Assembly: GCF_026571515.1 (NCBI RefSeq)
Contig: NW_026859477.1
Location: forward strand, 1-64,000
From: Ruditapes philippinarum
Lineage: Eukaryota
DNA: 64,000 nucleotides
Direction of reading: 5' to 3'
Shown: piece by piece, positions 50,362 through 63,259 of the stretch
Position numbering within the stretch: position 1 is the first letter of the stretch
Layout: the number at the start of each line of letters is the position of its first letter
Translations under genes and position numbers: made by a program
Notes under the pieces: model-generated
What the model was told of the DNA's origin: nothing
What the model saw: the letters and a program-made list of their open reading frames with translations, nothing else
Database searches by the model: none

Positions 50362-53308
50362 CGTTTTTCTGACAAGCGCGTGTAGGGGGTTTTCGGCGCT
50401 TGTGACAATTTTAGTTTGATGTGTTGCTCACTTTTCTTTATATTGCTTTATTTTTTTCTTTTAGTTAGGCTTTTATCTGGCTATTCCCTTTAAAAGAACA
50501 GTAGAATGGTCACATCAACAATATACATTGCTTCTACATAGTATAGTCTATACACTTGGTGTATTGAAGTTGTCTGTCACGAGCCCACTTGCTCAGTAGG
50601 CCAGAGGTTCGGGTAAACCGATCTTTCCATGGCCGCATTTGATTGAAAGACATTGTATTCTTTGACACCATTTAGTCCTTCCTGTCGGGGCCCGCATCTG
50701 TCAAAAGAAACGTATTGGTCACACCATGTGGGACCATATTTTGCCGGATTAATACAGCTGTGTTTTATTGCCATTATTACGTTTCTGCAAAATTTGGTCG
50801 TAACATGCCCTGATCCTTATATTGCTAACCACATTTTTCCACATTTATCACCGTCGTTTTAATCTACCTTCATCAACGTAAATAATTCATCATCATCATC
50901 ATCAACAACAACAACAAACACATCATCATCATCATCATCAATGATGTATCATCATCATCACAAATCGACAATATATTTGTTTAAGTCCATGCCGCCTTGC
51001 TTATCATTTTACCATTAAGATGATTACTGTATCAGTACAGTGTGACTGGCTTTGTCGAAAAGATGTGCAAAATATTTTGGAGATTAATATTTATTGACTT
51101 GAAGATAAAATATCGAATTTTATGCCCAAACTCTGAGGGGGAGGGGGAAGGGTTAAACTTTTTACCCGTGCCTGAGTATGTGTGTCTGGCCGTCCCAGAA
51201 TCTTAAGTGTTGCTATATTAATAATTTAGTTAGGGTCATAAAATTTTAAATGAACGTTGGTCAGCATTATGTTATTGTGCTTCTGGGATTTCGCTTGTCG
51301 ATCGGGCAGTCATGCCAGAGTAATTGCCCTTGACTAAGTCATATCGGAAATTGTCAACTTGTGTCGTGTGTAGCATCAACAGTATTTGAACTAGGGGCAT
51401 GGTCGTGATACTTGTAAGCTTATCTAACGCACACAAAACGTGATTTTGACATGTACTTTACAATAACGTTATCCCACTAAATAGAATTAATTGTTTAACG
51501 CCGTGACTTAGATCTAAGCAAAATATTTTTCTTTAATCACGAAAAACCGATTTTTAAACATTTTCATGACACTGCAAACCAGATGTATAATTTTACAGTG
51601 GTGAGTACGAAAGGGGATAGTATGAATGGCGTTCTGTTCACACTCCAGATTTATAACTTGCTCCTCAAACGTTATGTTATGCCTAAAACCATCATTGTTT
51701 ATAGATGACGATTGAATGCGTTGAGGTTTTTTCAAATTAATTGTTTGACATACTTAAGAATGCATTCTACATTTGCTTTTAGCATGGTTGTATGATCCAT
51801 TAAAGCTCTAGCAAGATGTGTTTTTTTCCTGATGAATCACAAAGTATGGATGATACAATAATAACTCTAAAGGTGTTTTATAAGTGGATAACTTTTATTA
51901 ATCGCATAAGAGTCTCCTTCTTGGAACTAACTGGTTTCAAATGAGGAATCATAGTCGTAATCCGAGTCGGGATCTAGCCAACAATTCTAGGGTTGAGAGG
52001 CAAACATTTTAGCCATTTGGCCACCACACCACTACCCCTTATTATTCTATCATCCATACTTTGTGATTCATCAGGAAAAAAACACATCTTGCTAGAGCTT
52101 CGTGACACATATGCTACAACCATGCAAAAAGCAAACGTAGAATGCATGCTAAAGTATGTCCAACATTTTTTTGAAACAACTTCAATCGTCATTTAGAAAC
52201 ATACAATGATGGTTTTAGGCATAACATAACGTTTAAGGAGCAAGTTATAAATCTAGACTGTGAACAGTACGTCATTCAAACACCAAGTGTATAGACTATA
52301 CTATGTAGAAGCAATGTATATTGTTGATGTGACCATTCTACTGTTCTTTTAAAGGGAATAGCCAGATAAAAGCCTAACTAAAAGAAACAAGGGGGCCATG
52401 ATGGCCCTGGAACGCTCACCTGACACAACCGCATCCAAGCAAAGTCTTAGACAAGCATCATGGCCAAGTTTGATGACAACTGAAAAATCAAACATGTGGC
52501 CTCTAGTGTGTTAAAAAGGTTTTTCCATATTTGGGCAATGTGACCTAATTTTTGACCGGACACGACCCATATTCAAATTTGACCTAGAAATCATCAAAAC
52601 AACCTACCTGACCAATTTCCAGGAAATTTGGATCAAAACTGCAGCCACAAGAGTGTTTACAAGATTTTTCTATTTTTAGCTCCTGTGACCTAGTTTTTGA
52701 CCGGACATGACAAATCTTCGCACTTGAACCAGAAATCATCAAAACAATCTTCCTGACAAATTTCCAGAATATTTGGTTCAAAACTGCAGCCACTAGAGTG
52801 TTAACAAGCTTTTTCTATTTTTAGCTCCTGTGGCCTAGCTTTTGACCGGAGATGACCCATCTTCGAACGTGACCTAGAAATCATTGAAACAACCTTCCTG
52901 ACAAATTTCCAGAATATTTGGATGAAAACTGCAGCCACTAGACTGTTAACAAGCTTTTTCTATTTTTAGCTCCTGTGACCTAGTTTTTGACCGGACATGA
53001 CCCATCTTCGAACTTGACTTAAATATCATCAAAACAACCTTCCTGACAAATTTCCAGTATATTTGGATGAAAACTGCAGCCTCTAGAGTGTTAACAAGCT
53101 TTTTCTATTTTTAGCTCTTGTGACCTAGTTTTTGACCGGAGATGACCCATCTTCGAACTTGACCTAGAAATCATCAAAACAACCTTCCTTCGTGGTCAGG
53201 TGAGCTAAAAATTAAAGCAATATAAGGAAAGGTGAACAACACATCAAACTAGAAATGTTCACAAATGCCGAATACCCCCCCCCCCCTACACGCGCTTGTC
53301 AGAAAACA
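50362..53308. repeat. Local inverted duplication
   Basis: 51622-51863 is inverted at 52040-52279; ~50362-50561 is inverted at 52280-52387 + 53207-53308, split by a later HINE insertion. Confidence 0.85.
52386..53208 (-). mobile_element. HINE/Pearl-like element with 145-bp units
   Basis: AACAAGGGGGCCATGATGGCCC...CGCTCACCTG at one end and CAGGTGAGCTAAAA at the other; GACCTAGAAATCAT-like motif with 145-bp period (52581 to 53161). Confidence 0.85.
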
Positions 53309-53359
53309 TTTTTAGTTAATAATTTCGCTCATAGGGAAAATGGATTAGTTTTTTATTTA

Positions 53360-54195
53360 GCTACTTCTGTGCTTTTGCTACTGCTGCGCTACAGCAATTG
53401 CTGCAGTACTGCTACTGCTGCGTTACCGCCAACTTCACGCTCTATAATTTTGCTACCGCTACTGCTACTGCCAACTTCATGTTTTATCATTTTAATACTG
53501 TTTCTGCTGTGCCACTGCTACTGCCAACTTTACGTTTTATAATTTTGCTACTGCAACTGCTGTGTCACTGCCACTGCCAACTTCACGTTTTGTAATAAAG
53601 CTACAGTCGCTTCGCAAGCTCCGCTCCTTATTAGCTTTCTTATTTGCGAAGAACACCCAATATGCACTCTAACCTATACGTGTTTATTATCATTTTACTA
53701 CTGCTACTGCTGTGCAATTGCTTCTGCTACTGCTTATTAAATGTTTTATAATTTTGATACTGCTACTGCTGTGCTATTGCTACAGCCAACTTCACGATTT
53801 ATAATTTTGCTACTGCTACTGTTGCGCTACTGCAAATGTTGCGCTACTGCTACTGCTCTGCTACCGCCAACTTTACGTTTTATCATTTTGCTACTGCTAC
53901 TGCTGTGCTACTGCTACTGCCAACTTCACGTTTTATAATTTTGCTACTAATGTGCCGATGCTACTGCCAACTTCACGTTTTATCATTTTGCTACTGCTAC
54001 TGTTGTGCCACTGCTACTGCCTGCCTCCCGTTTCATGATTTTGCTACTGCTACTGCTGTGCTACTACTACTACCAATTCACGTTTCATAATTTGCTACTG
54101 CTACTACTGTGCCACTTCTCTACTGTCAACTTCGTGATTTATAATTTTGCTACTGCTGTGCCATTGCTACTGCCAACTTCACGTTTTTTGTTTTT

Positions 54196-54235
<40 letters not shown>

Positions 54236-54893
54236 TCTGCTCCTTCTGTGCTTATGCTGCTGCCAACCTCGAGTTTTATCATTTTGCTACTGCAACTGCT
54301 GTGCTACTGCTGCACCACCGCTACTGCCAGCCTCACGTTACATGATTTTGCTACTGCTGTGATACATGTACTACTTCTACCAATTCACATTTCATAATTT
54401 TCTACTGCTACTGCTGTGTCACTGCTACTGCCAACTTCACGTTCTATTTATTTATTTTTTGCTACTGCTACTGCCAACTTCACGTTTTATAATTTTGCTA
54501 CTGCTACTGCTTTGCAACTCTTACTGCCACTTTCACGTTTTATAATTTTGCTACTGCTGTGCCATTGCTACTGCCAACTTCACGTTTTATAAGTTTGCTA
54601 CTGCTAGTGATGTGCTTTTGCTACGGATACTGCCAATTTAATTTTTATAATTTTGCTACTGCTGTGTCACTGCTACCGCCAACTTCACGTTTTGTAATTT
54701 TGCTACAGCTGTGCCACTACTACTGCCAACGTCACTTCAAATTTTGCTACTGCTGTGCTGCTGCTCTGCAACTGCTACTGCCAATTTCAAATTTTATAAT
54801 TTGGTACTGCTATTTCTGTGCTACTGCTGTGCTACTGCTGCGCTACTGCTACTGCCAACTTCACGTGCTGTGTCACTGCTAACTGCTACTGAA
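53360..54893. repeat. Low-complexity (CTGCTA)n-based minisatellite
   Basis: CTGCTA runs interspersed with CTGCCAACTTCACGTTTTATAATTTTG. Confidence 0.9.
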
Positions 54894-55006
54894 AATTTTT
54901 AACCGACCGACCATTTACATATAAGAAGGGAAAATGAAAGAGAAAAGACATACTGGCATCACCTGGATTTTATTATTATCTAACTTGAACAAAATTAATA
55001 TCTACA

Positions 55007-58000
55007 TCAATAAAATCGATCTCGCCAGAGATTAAAATTGATACCAAATTGGGTACTGCAGCTCCTCACATTGTTTTTTGTAAATCTGTAATGAAAAAAG
55101 AGGGCCATGATGGATTACCTATCTCCGTGACCATACGACGCTTTTCATGGAATGACAAAAACATGTCTCGTTGAAGGTTCCATGATAACCGTCATATGAA
55201 CACATTCACGGATGTTTATGAATTCAAATTTCACCACTTCCATGAATAAATGTTGAATTCTGCTAAAACCGGTGCTAGGGGTAGTGGACGATAGCTTGCT
55301 GTTATTAGTATCGCCCATGAACAGGATCATTCAAACACACACTCAACCTTTTCAATATTGCCCTTTTACTTAAAAGGGTAATATTTTTATAACAGTAAGT
55401 ATATCATTTGTTAACATTTGGTTGGAGCAATTTTGTCAATAAGGTTATCATTTATATAACTTTATAAGAAGTCCACTAGGCAATGTTACATGATTAATAT
55501 CAGAGTTCTGTAAAATAAATTTTCAAGAAAGTTTAAAATGTCTTCCTATATAAGTCTAACTAAGCTATGTCGCCTCTAAAACACATATTTCGAAAAGCCG
55601 CAAAAGTTGTGCTACATTCAAAATATTTAAGCTCTGCAATTGGCAGTTTCTTTAGAGACCGGTTTTTTTTTTAAATCCCCAAATGGCAAGATTTATTTTT
55701 GTAGAAGTTCACAAGGCAATGCATTTTGCCAATGCACAAGTTCTGGAACATGTTTGGCATATTGCCTTGTTCAGGTTGAAATTTGAACCAAGATGATAAG
55801 CTGAAATAAATTCTAGAACTTACATCAACCCCCCCCCCCCCCGCACACAAAAGGGAAAATTAATAAGAAATTAAAAATAACAAAACGTAAATGTGAATTT
55901 AAAATGATACCGTGTATGAACATCACGCTGTAGGAACACGTTTTCCTGAATGCTTTCAAATGAAGTGTTCAAACATAAAAGTGTTGACATCTTCACTCTC
56001 TTTATTTCCATAAGCTCAGCTGGAAATTGAATATAAAATATATGCAATGTTAGAGCAAAGGATAATCATTCAAAAATGCCAAATGATATATCTACATAGC
56101 TTTTCAACAAATCTTGTTCACTAACACTACGGTGTTTGTGACGTCACTATATGAAAGGAAAATATTTCCTTTTCATCGTATGTTTTGGATTTAGCCATAA
56201 AGTGGTAATTTGTTCCCTATATAATGATTCTTTTTATTCCTCTATCAAATTAAACGTGTTTACATGCAACCGCAGCTATGAAACAAAAATAAATAGGTGA
56301 AAATCGCATGCTCAGTTTGGATTGATCTGGGGCCTTATTCATTAAACTCCTTAGTTTCTATGGGAAATATTTCCTTATCTTGAAGGAAACTCCCTACTAA
56401 ACTTTGAAGTCAAAAATCCCTGAGGCAAGAAATTCCTTAATTTTATTTTTGTCTTAAGGAGTTTTATGCAACTAAGGAAATTCTTTAAAACTAAGGGAAA
56501 TCTAACGTATTTTAAGGAAAATCTTAGAATCTTAAATTTTTCCCTTAGGAGCTTTGTGAATTCGGCCCCTGTTCAACAAAATCTGTATAATTATGTAGTA
56601 TAATATTTCGCATGCACTCTAGCACCGTCTTTAGCCGTATATAACATTTCCCTCCGATAAATGTAATGCAGTTCGTGGAAAACGTTACATTACATTGTAA
56701 CTGTACACAACACTTACACTTTTGTACGTTGACAAGAAAAATAACACAAAGAATAATTGAATATGTTAGTGTATGAATCAACTGACTATTTCAATATTTT
56801 ACTCAAAATGTGATGATTTTAAAGAAATGGCACTATTTAGAAAACTGTAAAGTTTCACCCAGAGTAAATAAAAAAATATTTGTAAACCTTTATCATTACG
56901 AGTCTTTATAGTTTTTAACTTAAGCAATTGCATTTTTAAAGATTGTTTTGTTTCTCTTTTGTAGAATAAAAAACTAATAATATCCTGGAATTCTGTGACA
57001 GTTTTTTTTTTAAGAAAACATGAAAAGTCATCAGAAGAATATCATATTTCGTGTAACAGATCCTGTCACATGTATTTTAAAACATTGTATGTGAAAGGCA
57101 GCTATTAATTCCCATACAAACACAACTCATCGTTCTACTAATTTTCTTTCTCTGACAAATATTTTGTCCCACTCATTTTGTATTTGTAATCGTGCTTTTT
57201 TATTTCATTTGTGATATAGAAATAATATAACATGATGAAATACTATGTTATCAGGAGTTTGAGGATAGAAAACCTTTGGCAGACATTGAAAAGCAGACAC
57301 ACACTCCAAAATCAGTGCCTCCAGCGCTTTGATCTAGATAAAGGCTCAGTGTTTCAGCCAAACTTGTTTAATGCATCATATTTCATTTTAAATAAGTATA
57401 TTGCGTGTTGCTGACACTATATCTACCTGTTGTAAAACCGATCCATGGCTGATGGCTGTCCCTTCTCTCGAAGAAGAACCTATCCCCATCCCGAAGTCGC
57501 TTAAATTGTTTTGCAAGAATACACTGACCCGTGGGACCCAAAATGCTCCCAGCTGCACGACGCTCACTTAAATGCCCTGTGAATAAGTCAATATCCTCTG
57601 GACATCTAAAATAAAACGGCAAGCAATTGTATATCTCGTTTATAAAGTAAGTTACCAATTTCATCACCATATTTACAATAATTTTTTTTAAACAATATAT
57701 TCACATGTGTACCATGTTGCCTGTCGGACAGATGTTGACACAGTATACATACTAGCGCTTATGTTAAGAATGATAGCGTTATTGAAAATACAAGTCTTTA
57801 CTGTTTTAAAGCTGCATACCTCCAAATGAGCCAAATATTTCCAGATAATCAAACTAAAAAAAATGTACTGGGAATTTAAGAAAAGTAAAACAGATTCAAG
57901 ATTCAAGTAATGATTTACATGTATCATATGAACGATTAAAGACTGACTTTGCAGTATTTATCACCGTATTTCTATTGCTTGAATAACGCTGTCAATGATT

Positions 58001-61000
58001 TGTTTGCATATTTTTTTGTACTTTACGTGGAATGAAACTGCCGAGTGCAAAGTGTAAGTTACTTTCTTTGTTCACTTTATCATTTGTCAAACTTTTCATC
58101 AAAATTAGCATGAACCTGGAGGCAAGCTGCTTTAAGTCAAGCTTTACCAAAATAGTTGGCTACAAAGCTTCAGGTAAATCAACCTTTATCTGCTGCCGAT
58201 AGCAGATTCTACCCATTAGACCCGTGCAGACCGAGATTATCCGTGCAGTCTTATCATGGTTCGCATTGTTCGCTATTTAGTCAGTATGTATCTTGAAACT
58301 TGTTTCATACAAACGATCAATGGCTTAGTCCACGGAGGCCGAATAGATCAATGGCTTAGTCCACGGAGGCGGAATAGATCAATGGCTTAGTCCACGGAGG
58401 CGGAATAGATCAATGGCTTAGTCCACGAAGGCGGAATAGATCAATGGCTTAGTCCACGGAGGCGGAATAGATCAATGGCTTAGTCCACGGAGGCGGAATA
58501 GATCAATGGCTTAGTCCACGGAGGCGGAATAGATCAATGGCTTAAGTCCACGGAAGCGGAATACATAGAGATAAAACAAATATTGTGAATGCATCAGTTA
58601 GAGTCAATGAGGATGATAATTCTGATAGAAAAATATTGAAAACTATTTACATACGAGTAAACTTGGCTAAGGAGATCAGCAATATGTGGATCGTGGTCAA
58701 CAAGTCCTCCATAATCTGTACCAAAATGAGTCACGTCTGAAAGACCACATTGTTTCCTGAATGCATTGTATCCCGGTATGCCATGATCTCTACCTCTGAA
58801 ACGTATTCGAATATAAATTTGTATGTTTATATGATCTTAATACGAACTGAAGTTGCAATATAGTAAATCTAAGGTAACATAGGCCTATATGAGATATTTG
58901 TTTGTTTGTTGTTTTTTTTTTTTGTTGTTTTTTTTTGGGGGGGTGGGTTTCTTTGTATTGCAAGACCACTCGTGACAAATTGGATGTTGTGTTCTCACTC
59001 TGTTAAGTATAATTTGATCTTGCATGACAAACAAACACTTTTTCTGATTATTTTTTACCTTTTTAAATCGTGAATAAAGCCATGTAGACTGACCTTCCAC
59101 GTAAGGTCATGCGATCTTCTTCGTCGAGAAAAAAATCTGTTAACAAAGGTCATCCAAGGGAGAGGCCAGACATGTCCTTTAAAGACAAATGGTCTTTACT
59201 TGGAGGTAACTTTTAATAATCAAATAAGGGATTGCCTCAGAGGTGGCCTTTAGCACGGGTTTGGGTGATTTTCACGATAACTGTACTTGTATTTCAATTT
59301 ATAATTTTCAATTTTAGGTTTTGAACAGTGAACATGTAAAAACGCTTGGCGATGTAAACAGTCAAAGCTACCGAAGCTGGGTCCAGTAAAGGACTTCGAC
59401 CTTTGATTAACATAAAGTCTGTGATTCCTGTAAAAAGTGTGTTTCAAGACTGAAGAAACATTAACAATATAGTTACGTTCTTATATTCTCAATGTGCCAA
59501 ATTATTAAGAACACCTATGAATGAATTATAGACAAATCTTTGACAAACATGTATAATTTTTATCTTTGTAGCTGGCGTATGGGCGTGACAATTCTGCTTA
59601 TTCCCCACACAATTATGCGTAGATATTTCAGAAATCCATCAATAAACGACAGAACTGATGACCAACGCAATCATCAATGTTCTTTTATGAAATTGTACTT
59701 TTAACGTGTTAGTGTGTCCTTGACCTTTGAGCTTTCAAGTTGTTCTCACACATCACACTCTGTTTACGTACAACATACTTAAGCCAAGTACTAAATTTTT
59801 AAAATTTGTCAATGAATGACAAATATATGGACTTAACATGACCATTAATGTGCTATTATTTTATAACTTTTGACATTAATGTCTGATCTTGACCTTTGAC
59901 CTCTTATACTAGCACTTGTTCATTACATTTTTTTTCCAAAATTCATACAGGAATAAAACTTATGTACAAAACACGGCCAGTTTTTCACAATCATGACCTT
60001 TACCTTTGAGAAGATTTAATAATTCACCGATTATATGACTTACAATAAATAATATATTTTTGTTCATGTGTTTACATACCTTTGCACGTGTTTACATACC
60101 TTTGCACGTTTAGCGAGGCTAAATCCATGGAGTCGTTGTTGTGATCTTGGAAGAGCAATGTCTGAACGGCTGGTTCTAAATGTCTGAAATTAAATTAGAT
60201 GTCTGAACGCCGGGCTTCTAAATTAATGTCTGAAATTAGATTTCATGTCTGAATGTCAATGTCTGAACGCCGGGCTTCTAAATGTCTGAAATTAGATTTA
60301 ATGTCTGAACGCCGGGCTTCTAAATGTCTGAAATTAGATTAAATGTCTGAATGCCGGGCTTCTAAATGTCTGAAATTAGATTAGATGTCTGAACGCCGGG
60401 CTTCTAAATGTCTGAAATTAATTAAATGTCTGAACGCCTTGTTCTAAATGTATGAAATTGAATTAAATTGAATGCCTAGTTCTAAATATCTGAAATTAAT
60501 TAAATGTCTGAACGCCGGGCTTCTAAATGTCTGAAATTAGATTTAATGTCTGAACGCCTGGCTCTAAATGTCTGAAATTAATTAAATGTCTGAACGCCTT
60601 GTTCTAAATGTATGAAATTGAATAAAATTAAATGCCTAGTTCTAAATATCTGAAATTAATTAAATGTCTGAACGCCGGGCTTCTAAATGTCTGAAATTAG
60701 ATTTCATGTATGAATGCCTGGCTCTTAATGTCTGAAATTAATTAAATGTCTGAACGTCTTGTTCTAAATATCCAAAATTAGATTAAATGTCTGAACGCCT
60801 GGCTTTAAATGTCTGAAATCAAATTCTATTTGATATACAAAAAACGGTCTTTACGGCAGCCAAACAATTTACTGAAGTGATCTAGGCGTATGTGTCTCTT
60901 AACAGGGTGTCCTTTAAAGATGAAAATGGGATTTGGTTTTACAGACAAGCTGTCAAGATTTCTTATCTATAAAATGCTATTTTACAACGATTATTGTACT

Positions 61001-62707
61001 TGCAAGAATCGTACCTGTCACTGAAGGGACACTGGGTTGAACTTGTCCATAGCAGAACTTGCTCTAATCCATAGCCGTCATTAGTATGGTAAAGCTCTGG
61101 GTCGAAAAATAAGTTATGTAAACGTCTTCGTGAATCAAACTCCTGCCCGTCATTAGCCATCATGGAAACCTCTCTATGTATGAGGGTATGACCAAAACGA
61201 AGACCAGCAACCGCGAAACTGTTAGAAATAGTAGCATCAACTAGAGGACTGTAAGTGTCTTTATATCCATAATGCTGAAAATATTTATTTATTTATTTAA
61301 ATAAAAATTTATTCATTTATATATTCATTTAAATAAAAATGCATTAAAAAATTATTTATTTATTTATTTTAAATAAAAATTTATTTATTTTTATATTCAT
61401 NNNNNNNNNNNNNNNNNNNNNNNNNNNNNNNNNNNNNNNNNNNNNNNNNNNNNNNNNNNNNNNNNNNNNNNNNNNNNNNNNNNNNNNNNNNNNNNNNNNN
61501 NNNNNNNNNNNNNNNNNNNNNNNNNNNNNNNNNNNNGTTTGTGTGAAATTTGCCGATACGAGGATTGAGAATGTTAACTGGATTAGAAAGAATAAAAAGC
61601 ATATCCTATATATTATAGCATTTGTGAAGACTTAGCTCAATGTCCCTCCCACCATCACCCTGGGGATTTGGCTAGTATGTAGAGGTCATCTGAGATGTGG
61701 ATATCAACTTAAAAAAATTTTAGTGAAAATCGCCCACACATTGACTTGTTTCCTCCTCAGGAAAACTAGTTTATTTCCAAACGCCCTTCTACAATAAGCA
61801 TTTACCCTTGTTAAATTTTTGAACCCCTCTTAGAAAAAAGTCATGGAGCCGCACTTGTAATTCTAAATGCAAGGCCAGTTTTTACGAATGAACGGACTGA
61901 CGGGCGACATTATGTTATGGTGTTATTTCTTTGATCTCGAAAACTACCATAAGCAAAATTTTCGGATCTCATTAGCAATTTTTTACCCCCTTAATAAGGC
62001 GTAATTTGGTATAAAACCATGAAATCAACTTGTGCATTGACGCATACACCTTACTCATAAAGAAGGGCGTTCGGATGTCCGGACGGACAAATAGACAGGC
62101 GGACGGATGGCTACCTTCCCCTTTACCTGCAATTATTTATGATAATAATAATAATAATAATATTTTCATTATTTCTTATCAGAAGGTAGCACATTAAACT
62201 CACAGGGACCCAGCACAGTGTTGGGATAGTGTAAAAAATCATTCAAGAAAGAAATATATACTGTATATATAATATAGTCTATATATTATATATACAGTAT
62301 ATATTTTTTTTCTAGAATGACCTTTTCACACTATCCCAACACTGAACTGGGTCCCCGTGATTAAATTTATAGAAATTTAGGCACAAGCGTATAAATATTT
62401 ACTGATAGCCTACAACAGATAAGCATTTATAGTCAGTAATGATGATAATAATTTTCTTAAGCTCAACTTACCGCAATATCCAAGTTATATTCTCTCATAA
62501 CAAGAGGCCCGAGTATTAATGGTAGATATTCGGAGTATACTATATTCTGCCACTGGGCAATGTTTATCTTCCTCGCTTCCTGATACAAGCGTTCATCTTC
62601 CCAGTGAGGATTAACGGCAGATAATCCCTCTGCCAGGCGGTTATGTTCGCGCATTAGAATTGTATGTATGGATGAAAGGCCGGGTTGTTCGTTCACTCGT
62701 TCGTCCC
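55007..62707 (-). CDS. Animal heme peroxidase (peroxidase-cyclooxygenase superfamily; peroxidasin/chorion-peroxidase-like), last 7 exons: 62707-62472, 61274-61015, 60183-60100, 58795-58655, 57605-57427, 56019-55911, 55085-55007
   Basis: All introns GT-AG and phase-compatible. Motifs [32 protein letters not shown] (proximal His), [35 protein letters not shown]; C-terminus ...[18 protein letters not shown]; AATAAA at 54974-54969. No upstream exons were found in the window. Confidence 0.93.
56330..56568. mobile_element. PIF/Harbinger-like MITE
   Basis: GGGCCTTATTCATTAAACTCCT ... AGGAGCTTTGTGAATTCGGCCC; 3-bp CTG TSD. Confidence 0.75.
58315..58563. repeat. Intronic 31-bp minisatellite (8 units)
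   Basis: GATCAATGGCTTAGTCCACGGAGGCGGAATA x8. Confidence 0.95.
60157..60820. repeat. ~41-bp minisatellite derived from a peroxidase intron/exon junction
   Basis: Unit AATGTCTGAACGCCGGGCTTCTAAATGTCTGAAATTAGATT; the first unit overlaps exon 60183-60100 and its acceptor. Confidence 0.92.
61401..61535. other. Assembly gap
   Basis: Run of N within a peroxidase intron, next to an AT-only tract. Confidence 1.
62201..62359. mobile_element. 159-bp hairpin deletion derivative of the foldback element at 11616-13373
   Basis: Same TIR CACAGGGACCCAGCACAGTGTTGGGATAGTG; 8-bp TSD ATTAAACT/ATTAAATT. Confidence 0.87.
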
Positions 62708-62817
62708 CTAGTGATATTACAATCATTATTACATCATATAACAACAAATATTGATTACCTTGCATAGTTTTACTAGTACAGTTTAACAATATTACTAGTG
62801 CAGTTTAACAGTGATAA

Positions 62818-63259
62818 CCTTTTACCCCATGAGCATATTGCGAAAAATGGCCGTTTTCATTGAAAAGCCTCCTGTAACAAGTTCAAACTGCTATGAAACT
62901 ATGAAAAAATGCTTCACTACTGATGAAACTTGGCACAAGTGTTGACTAGACCATAGCCTCTGTATCATAAACTTCCTGTTACCATGGCAACGGGGGACGT
63001 CTCAAAATTGCCAACAATCACTATTTTTGCATTGTTTTTTCTCAATGAATTGAGAAGGGGGGGGCAAATCCCCCTTCTGGCAACCCCCTGATGTAACATT
63101 GGCTGGGGGCGCCGCAAAAAAGTGGTCACTTTTTAAACAACATTTCTCAATCGAAAAACAGTGATTGGGGCCTAAATAGGGTATTTTTTCACTGTTTGAG
63201 GCCTCAAAAAGGGGGGGGGGGCAAAAAGCCGTCGAAACACGCTTATATAAGGGAAAAGG
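62818..63259. mobile_element. piggyBac-like MITE
   Basis: (ATAA)CCTTTTACCC ... GGGAAAAGG(TTAA); the right half looks homopolymer-noisy. Confidence 0.55.

Noticed and set aside
53255-54902. Many Leu/Cys/Ala-rich ORFs
   Set aside because: Translations of (CTGCTA)n low-complexity sequence, open in several frames.
55244-56648. Inverted pair of the GGTGCTAG motif as the TIRs of one 1.4-kb transposon
   Set aside because: An in-frame peroxidase exon (56019-55911) lies between them, the copies are highly diverged, and no TSD is visible.
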